Assembly: GCA_965199495.1 (NCBI GenBank)
Contig: CBDASK010000003.1
Location: 4,288,001 to 4,352,000 of the forward strand
DNA from: Abditibacterium sp.
Lineage (GTDB): Bacteria > Armatimonadota > Abditibacteriia > Abditibacteriales > Abditibacteriaceae
Direction: 5' to 3'
DNA length: 64,000 nucleotides
Below, in pieces: positions 58,362 through 64,000 of this stretch. The notes under the pieces were generated by a model. That model ran no database searches and was not told the DNA's origin. It worked only from the letters and a program-made list of their open reading frames with translations. How positions within the stretch are numbered: the first letter of the stretch is position 1; each line of letters starts with the position of its first letter. The position numbers were made by a program, and so were the translations under genes.

Positions 58362-60005
58362 TTAGTTGTCTAACGAAATTGGAATCGCTTGACCGTCAGG
58401 CACGCGGCCCCAAATCGAAATCGTCAGGCGCCCGTTGCCTGACGCGGTGCGCACATAAACGGGAAAATTGTAATTGTTGCGGAACCGGAAATCTTTGCCG
58501 GGCCATGCAACCGTCGCATCGCGGCCCGGTGGCACATAAGTCACCGGCAACGAGTGCGAGGAGCGCTCGACAATTTTCAGAGGTTTACCCGCGCTCCGGC
58601 TGTTGACTTTGCGCACCGCGTTATAAAGCGTGCTCGAAACCTGACAGACGCCGCCCGCCAATCCGTCCACGACCTGCGATTCGGTCTGACCTTTCTCGCG
58701 CAAGAAAATATGCGCCATGCGATAACCCTTATCGAAAGTGCGCTCGCCAGTCAATCCATTGAACGATAGCGTTTCGCCCGGCATGAAAACTTGGCCATCA
58801 ATCGCGCGACAGGCGACCTTAATGTTGGTGGTACGTCCGGCAATGCCGCCATTATAATCGGTGCGATATTCGCCTAATTTCACATCGCGTCCGGCCAAGT
58901 CCAGCGCCGTGACTTTGGGCAACGTTTGCTGCGTCACCGCCGGGATTTTCGCCAAGCCCAGAAAATAGGCTTTCTGAATTTTGTCGGCGGTCGCCGTCAC
59001 ATCCAACTCGCGGCCCGTTGATTCGCCACGCACCATCGGCGTGGCTCCGCTCACCGTCACCAGACGCGCGTCAACGGCGGGTTGGGCATATTGTTTGTTG
59101 ACGATATTCAAACGCGAAGTTAAGGCGCCCCGATTCCACTCGATGGGCAACATGAACGAACGAGGCTTGACTTCCGAGCCGAAAACGCGCATGAAATTGC
59201 CCACCATGTTATCACCGCGCCCAATGGCAAATGCTTTGTCAATCGTCGGCTTAATCGAAGGTTTGCCGCCCACGTCAGCCAATCCCAACACGACGTTTTT
59301 ATCGTCGGTTTGCAGCGTAAACGCCAACTTACCAAAACGCTGATTCAAGCGTTTGGCGGCTTCGTCGCGCGTCAGACCGCCCACGTCTTCGCCCGCAATT
59401 GTCACCTTGGGCGCGATTCTGCCCTCGTTTTTCCAGTTGTTATAGACCCCAACGCCCGCACCAGCCACGCCGGTCACGGTCACAAGCGCCGCTAACCCAA
59501 CGAGGTAAAGCGGACGCGGGCGAAAAGACGAACGCTGCGCCACAACAACGGGCACGACCGGCGGTTTGGGCGTTGCAACTTTGGAAGGCGCGACTTTCGC
59601 GGGCGAGGTTTTGGAATTTGCCGCTTGAGCGTTGGCTTGAGGCGCGACGACTTTCGCTGCGATGACGTTGGAAGTTTCGGGGTTTTCTGCCAATGGATTG
59701 GAAGTTTTCGATTGAAACGCGACGGGAACTTCGATGGCGGGCGCGGCGGCTTTGGTTGCGGTCTCTTGCGGCGTGGCTGTTGTCGGAACGGAGGCGCTCT
59801 GATTCTCCCTCGATTTTGCCGACGCGACATCTGGCGGATTGACCGCCACTCTGGGACGGACTGTCGCGCCGGAAATATTCTTGTTTATCGCCTTTGATAG
59901 GGACGAAGAGGTGGAGCCGCGCCCATTTTTGGGAGCGGAGGGTTTGGGATTGGACGGAACAGCTTTGGAATCTTTCACAGCAATAGACCTTGAGTGTGAT
60001 GACAA
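58362..60005 (-). CDS. VanW family membrane protein
   Basis: Low-complexity N-terminus, TM, GGVCQVSSTLYNA, YVPPGRDATV. Confidence 0.9.
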   Translation of the reverse strand: MSSHSRSIAVKDSKAVPSNPKPSAPKNGRGSTSSSLSKAINKNISGATVRPRVAVNPPDVASAKSRENQSASVPTTATPQETATKAAAPAIEVPVAFQSKTSNPLAENPETSNVIAAKVVAPQANAQAANSKTSPAKVAPSKVATPKPPVVPVVVAQRSSFRPRPLYLVGLAALVTVTGVAGAGVGVYNNWKNEGRIAPKVTIAGEDVGGLTRDEAAKRLNQRFGKLAFTLQTDDKNVVLGLADVGGKPSIKPTIDKAFAIGRGDNMVGNFMRVFGSEVKPRSFMLPIEWNRGALTSRLNIVNKQYAQPAVDARLVTVSGATPMVRGESTGRELDVTATADKIQKAYFLGLAKIPAVTQQTLPKVTALDLAGRDVKLGEYRTDYNGGIAGRTTNIKVACRAIDGQVFMPGETLSFNGLTGERTFDKGYRMAHIFLREKGQTESQVVDGLAGGVCQVSSTLYNAVRKVNSRSAGKPLKIVERSSHSLPVTYVPPGRDATVAWPGKDFRFRNNYNFPVYVRTASGNGRLTISIWGRVPDGQAIPISLDN

Positions 60006-60095
60006 CGACGAGGAAACGGCGGGCCTGAGAAAATGCGGCCCGCGATGAAAGGTCGGGCCTTACGACGCCCATGAAAACAAGACGTTGCGCGCAGT

Positions 60096-60917
60096 CTAAT
60101 TGCAAACGGCCCGAATCGCCAACGCCCTTTTCAGTAACAGTTCCATTTCAGATAACGCGATCATATTTGGCCCATCCGACCACGCCGCGTCGGGATCGGG
60201 ATGTGTTTCCAAAAACAGGGCGTCAACGCCGACCGCGCACGCCGCGCGCACGAGGGCCGGAACTTGCGCGCGGTCGCCGCCGGTTTTGTCGCCCGCGCCG
60301 CCGGGCCGTTGCACCGCGTGCGTCGCGTCCAGACAAACCGGCGCAAACTTTCGCATCGTCTCGAAACTCCGATAATCCACGATGAGCGAATCGTAGCCAA
60401 ACGTCGTGCCACGCTCGGTTAATAGCACGTTCTGGCAACCCGCCGCGCGCACTTTATTGGCGGCGTGTTCCATGCCTTCGGGCCGCAGAAATTGGCCTTT
60501 TTTCACGTTGACCGCGCCGTTATGCTGCGCCGCCGCTTCGCCCGCCGCGATCAATAAATCGGTCTGGCGACACAAAAACGCCGGAATTTGCATTACATCC
60601 ACGACAGCAGCCACGGCGGCGGGCTGAGTGAAGTCGTGAACGTCGGTCGTCACCGGCACGCCGAACTCGTCTTTGATTTTCTGCAAAACTGCCAAACCTT
60701 CTTCGAGGCCCGGCCCACGTTTCGAGTGGCCCGATGTGCGATTGGCTTTGTCAAACGAGGCTTTGAACACGTAATTGATGCCCAAGCGCGCGCAAATCTC
60801 GCACATCGTCTCGGCGACAGTGCGGCACAAATCGAGGCTTTCGATGACGCACGGGCCGGATAAAAGCAAAAGCGGCGAATCGTCGCCGACAGAATAATTT
60901 TTGATTTGAATTTGCAT
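60096..60917 (-). CDS. kdsA: KDO 8-phosphate synthase
   Basis: GPCVIES, KASFDKANRTS, PAFLCRQTDL, KKGQF, DATHAVQ. Confidence 0.95.
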   Translation of the reverse strand: MQIQIKNYSVGDDSPLLLLSGPCVIESLDLCRTVAETMCEICARLGINYVFKASFDKANRTSGHSKRGPGLEEGLAVLQKIKDEFGVPVTTDVHDFTQPAAVAAVVDVMQIPAFLCRQTDLLIAAGEAAAQHNGAVNVKKGQFLRPEGMEHAANKVRAAGCQNVLLTERGTTFGYDSLIVDYRSFETMRKFAPVCLDATHAVQRPGGAGDKTGGDRAQVPALVRAACAVGVDALFLETHPDPDAAWSDGPNMIALSEMELLLKRALAIRAVCN

Positions 60918-60922
60918 AATAT

Positions 60923-61627
60923 TCACGCGCCCAAATACGCGGCTTTGATGCGCGGGTCGCGCGCCAGGGTTTTGGCGTCGCCTTCGAGCGTGATATGTCC
61001 GGTTTCCAGAACATAGGCGCGGTCGGCGATTTGGAGCGCCAAATGCGCGTTTTGCTCGACCAGCAAAACTGTCACGCCCTGCTCGCGAATGCGCGTGACC
61101 ACGTTGAAAATTTCTTTGACCAACAAAGGCGCCAAACCCAGACTCGGCTCATCTAATAACAATAGTTGCGGGCGGCTCATCAGCGCGCGTCCGACGGCCA
61201 ACATTTGCTGCTCGCCGCCCGACATCGTGCCCGCCGCCTGCTTACGCCGCTCGGCCAGACGCGGAAACAGTTGATAAATCTCGTCCAATTCTTTGGGGAG
61301 TGTGCCTCGATCTTTGCGCGCATAGGCGCCTAAATCGAGATTTTCGGCGACGGTCATGGTGCCAAAAATGCGACGACCTTCGGGGACTTGCACGAGGCCA
61401 AACGGCACGCGTTCGTGCGGCGGCATGGAAAACAAATCGCGGTCGCGAAAGCTGACGGTGCCGCCCGATGGCTTGATCAAACCCGACAGAGCGCCCAGCG
61501 TTGTGGTTTTGCCAGCGCCGTTAGAGCCGATTAGCGTGACGATTTCACCGGGTTTGACAGTGAGAGAAATTTCGTGAAGCGCCTGAATCACGCCATATTT
61601 GACGCTGAGATTTTGGATTGTAAGCAT
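60923..61627 (-). CDS. livF: branched-chain amino acid ABC transporter ATP-binding protein
   Basis: GSNGAGKTT, MSGGEQQM, DEPSLGLAP. Confidence 0.92.
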   Translation of the reverse strand: MLTIQNLSVKYGVIQALHEISLTVKPGEIVTLIGSNGAGKTTTLGALSGLIKPSGGTVSFRDRDLFSMPPHERVPFGLVQVPEGRRIFGTMTVAENLDLGAYARKDRGTLPKELDEIYQLFPRLAERRKQAAGTMSGGEQQMLAVGRALMSRPQLLLLDEPSLGLAPLLVKEIFNVVTRIREQGVTVLLVEQNAHLALQIADRAYVLETGHITLEGDAKTLARDPRIKAAYLGA

Positions 61628-61663
61628 GGGAAAAGGATAAAGGATTCGACATTCTACTGCGAT

Positions 61664-62152
61664 TCAAAATCCGAATTTGGCGCGCAATTCCGCTTCGACG
61701 CACGACGGAACCGAGCCGGGAATGATTTGCGCGCCCAACTCCGCCGCCTGACGCACGACGGAACTGCTCAAATACAAATGGCGATGCGACGGCATCAAAA
61801 ACACGGTTTTGATATTCTCGTCCAACTGTTCGTTGGCCAGCACCAAAGCCATTTCATGCTCGAAATCGGTGACGGCGCGCAGACCGCGCGCGATAAAACT
61901 CGCGCCGACCGAACGCGCGAAATCAACAGTTAATCCGGTAAACGAAGCCGCCTCAACGTTATGCCAACCGCCTTCCGCTATGGCGCCGCGCAGCATTTCG
62001 ACGCGTTCTTCGGGCGTAAAGAGCGCGACCTTACGCGGGTTGACGCCAACGCCCACAACGACGCGGTCGAACAGCAACGCCGCCTCGCTCAAAACGTCCA
62101 TGTGCCCACGCGTAATCGGGTCGAAGGTGCCGGGGTAAATCGCGGTTTTCAT
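61664..62152 (-). CDS. coaD: phosphopantetheine adenylyltransferase
   Basis: YPGTFDPITRGH, RGLRAVTDFE, SSS. Confidence 0.96.
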   Translation of the reverse strand: MKTAIYPGTFDPITRGHMDVLSEAALLFDRVVVGVGVNPRKVALFTPEERVEMLRGAIAEGGWHNVEAASFTGLTVDFARSVGASFIARGLRAVTDFEHEMALVLANEQLDENIKTVFLMPSHRHLYLSSSVVRQAAELGAQIIPGSVPSCVEAELRAKFGF

Positions 62153-62243
62153 CGGCGGCGCAGTATAAATCAGATTGCGGATTGCGAGAACGGCCAGCAA
62201 ATTACGGCGAGAATATGGCCTTTAATCGCGATACAATCGGAGC

Positions 62244-62357
62244 GGTTTTTAGCCGCGAAAAGGCACAAAAGAAACAAAAGTTGGGAAGCATGGGCGAATA
62301 GTTCGGCGACTTCTTCAAAATTTTTGTTTCTTTTGCGCCTTTTCGCGGCTAAAAACC
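62244..62357. repeat. about 37-bp inverted repeat (TTAGCCGC-type palindrome)
   Basis: GGTTTTTAGCCGCGAAAAGGCACAAAAGAAACAAAA and a near-perfect reverse complement. Confidence 0.8.
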
Positions 62358-62377
62358 AAGCAACACTCCGAAAACCT

Positions 62378-63868
62378 ATGAAAATTTATGATGTCGCTGT
62401 CATCGGCGCGGGCGTGGCTGGTCTGACGGCTGCCGCCCTATTCGTCCGCGAGGGCGCCGATGTCGTTTTGCTGGAACAGCACGACAAACCCGGCGGTTGC
62501 GCCGGATATTTTGGTGTTCCCTCGAAATGGGGCGATTTCCAGTTTCCCGTTGGCGCAACGGTCGCGCTGGGCTTGGAAAACGGCGGTTTGCATCGCGAGA
62601 TTTTCGATTTATTGGGCACCGATTGTCCATCAACGCCGATTGACCGGCTGAGCGTTTTTCTGCCAGATCACCGCGTCGAACTGTGGCACGACGCGCAAAA
62701 GTGGAAGCATCAGCGCGCGCAGTTGCCCGGTAATCGGCGCGAGCAGGAACTGTTTTGGCGTTTGCAAGAGTTTGTCGCCGACGCCGGTTGGTTCGCTCTT
62801 TCGCGCAAACCGGCGTTGCCATTGCAAAAGCCAGTTGACATTTGGCGCGACTTAAATTTGGCGAATCCACGCCTCATTCCGATGATTGCCGCGTTGCCGT
62901 TTTCAGTCGGCGAAATCATGAAATGGCTGCGCGTTGATCGCGACCGCGCCTTTAGCGCGCTCATCAATTTGCAGTTGCTTATTACCACGCAATCGCTGTC
63001 GCACCAAGCACCGCTTTCCAACGGCATGGCCGGCTTAGATTTATGGCGACACGGCGGTTTTCACCCGCGAGGCGGCATCGGTGCGATTAGCCAAACTTTG
63101 CTCGACGCGTTTTGCAAACATAGCGGCGAAACGCGTTTCAACACGCGCGTTATTAAGGTCGAGCGCGTAGATGGAATTTGGCATATCGAAACCGACAAAG
63201 GTTTAGTTTGTGCGCGAAAAGTTATCGCCAACGTGCCGTTGCCCAATTTACCCAAACTCGCGCCTCAAATTTCATCTGCGCGCGTCCATAAGTTGATTCG
63301 GCGCGCGGGCGCAGGTTGGGGCGCCGTCACGCTTTACATCGCGCTCCGCGACGAAATCGTGCCCGACGATTTGCCGTTGCACTCGCAAGTCCTGACGCGC
63401 TATGCAGCCACGCCGCCTTACATTCGGGCGGGCGCGGGCGACGACGTGTTTCTGTCGCTCTCGCCGCGCGGCGACGAATCGAGCGCGCCCATTGGTTGGC
63501 GCACGCTCAACGTTTCGACGCACGTTCGATTAAGCGATTGGCGTAATTTATCCAACGACGAATATCGCGCGCATAAGAAATCGTGGCGCGATAGATTGCT
63601 CAACGGCGTCCGCGTGGCCCTGCCCGATTTCGACGCGGGCAAAGGCTTCGTCATCACCGGCACGCCTTCGACGTGGGAAAATTACACCTTGCGCCAAAAC
63701 GGCAGCGTCGGCGGCGCGCCATTATCACGGCGCAACGCCAATTTGCGAGCGTTGCCGTCGCGCATCGGCTTGCCCGATTTTCGGTTGATTGGCGACAGCA
63801 CCTTTCCCGGTCAAGGCACCGTCGCGTGCGCGTTGTCGGGTTATAACGCGTGGCGCGATTTGCGATAA
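62378..63868 (+). CDS. phytoene desaturase family protein, CrtD-like
   Basis: VIGAGVAGL, PGGCAGYF, GATVALG, GDSTFPGQGT. Confidence 0.8.
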   Translation: MKIYDVAVIGAGVAGLTAAALFVREGADVVLLEQHDKPGGCAGYFGVPSKWGDFQFPVGATVALGLENGGLHREIFDLLGTDCPSTPIDRLSVFLPDHRVELWHDAQKWKHQRAQLPGNRREQELFWRLQEFVADAGWFALSRKPALPLQKPVDIWRDLNLANPRLIPMIAALPFSVGEIMKWLRVDRDRAFSALINLQLLITTQSLSHQAPLSNGMAGLDLWRHGGFHPRGGIGAISQTLLDAFCKHSGETRFNTRVIKVERVDGIWHIETDKGLVCARKVIANVPLPNLPKLAPQISSARVHKLIRRAGAGWGAVTLYIALRDEIVPDDLPLHSQVLTRYAATPPYIRAGAGDDVFLSLSPRGDESSAPIGWRTLNVSTHVRLSDWRNLSNDEYRAHKKSWRDRLLNGVRVALPDFDAGKGFVITGTPSTWENYTLRQNGSVGGAPLSRRNANLRALPSRIGLPDFRLIGDSTFPGQGTVACALSGYNAWRDLR

Positions 63869-64000
63869 ATGCCTCCAACCAACTTCATTAAAGTGAAGAT
63901 TTTTCTCGAAATAAAACGAACGCGATGTTTGATTGTCCAATAATTTGGGTATAATTTAAGATACCGGTATTATATAAGCGATTGATTTGAGGGGTTTGCT

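Noticed and set aside
61961..62377. N-terminal extension of the desaturase
   Set aside because: Overlaps coaD antisense and a palindrome; the FAD-binding motif starts right after ATG 62378

Overview
Bacterial chromosome window of moderately high GC. kdsA points to a diderm; a more exact lineage cannot be assigned from the sequence alone. Left to right: (1) one end of an integrated element with a small-gene operon, HTH excisionase, S24-type repressor, orphan ParB and large serine recombinase, then a low-GC KAP NTPase; (2) a class A beta-lactamase, envelope genes and rplU-rpmA; (3) the most striking locus, 14.9-21.7 kb on the minus strand: sigma70 promoter, Ser-rich leader ORF and terminator, two non-canonical tRNAs (8/4-fold Sec-like tRNA-Ser(UGA) and tRNA-Tyr), a small Gly-terminated ubiquitin-like candidate, a TROVE/Ro60-like vWA protein, a Cys-motif (E2-like?) protein, a minimal ThiF/E1 and a tandem array of seven circularly permuted tRNA-like (YrlA/Y-RNA-like) RNAs; (4) a RAPP-ending Cys-rich ORF upstream of a copper-binding envelope protein; (5) an MmeI-like restriction-modification enzyme; (6) rpoB-rpoC split by two small ORFs; (7) housekeeping genes at 41.5-56 kb in which six intergenic copies of a 14-bp non-palindromic motif switch orientation around a tyrosine recombinase gene; (8) VanW, kdsA, livF, coaD and a CrtD-like desaturase. 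All calls come from reading motifs by eye; no searches were run.
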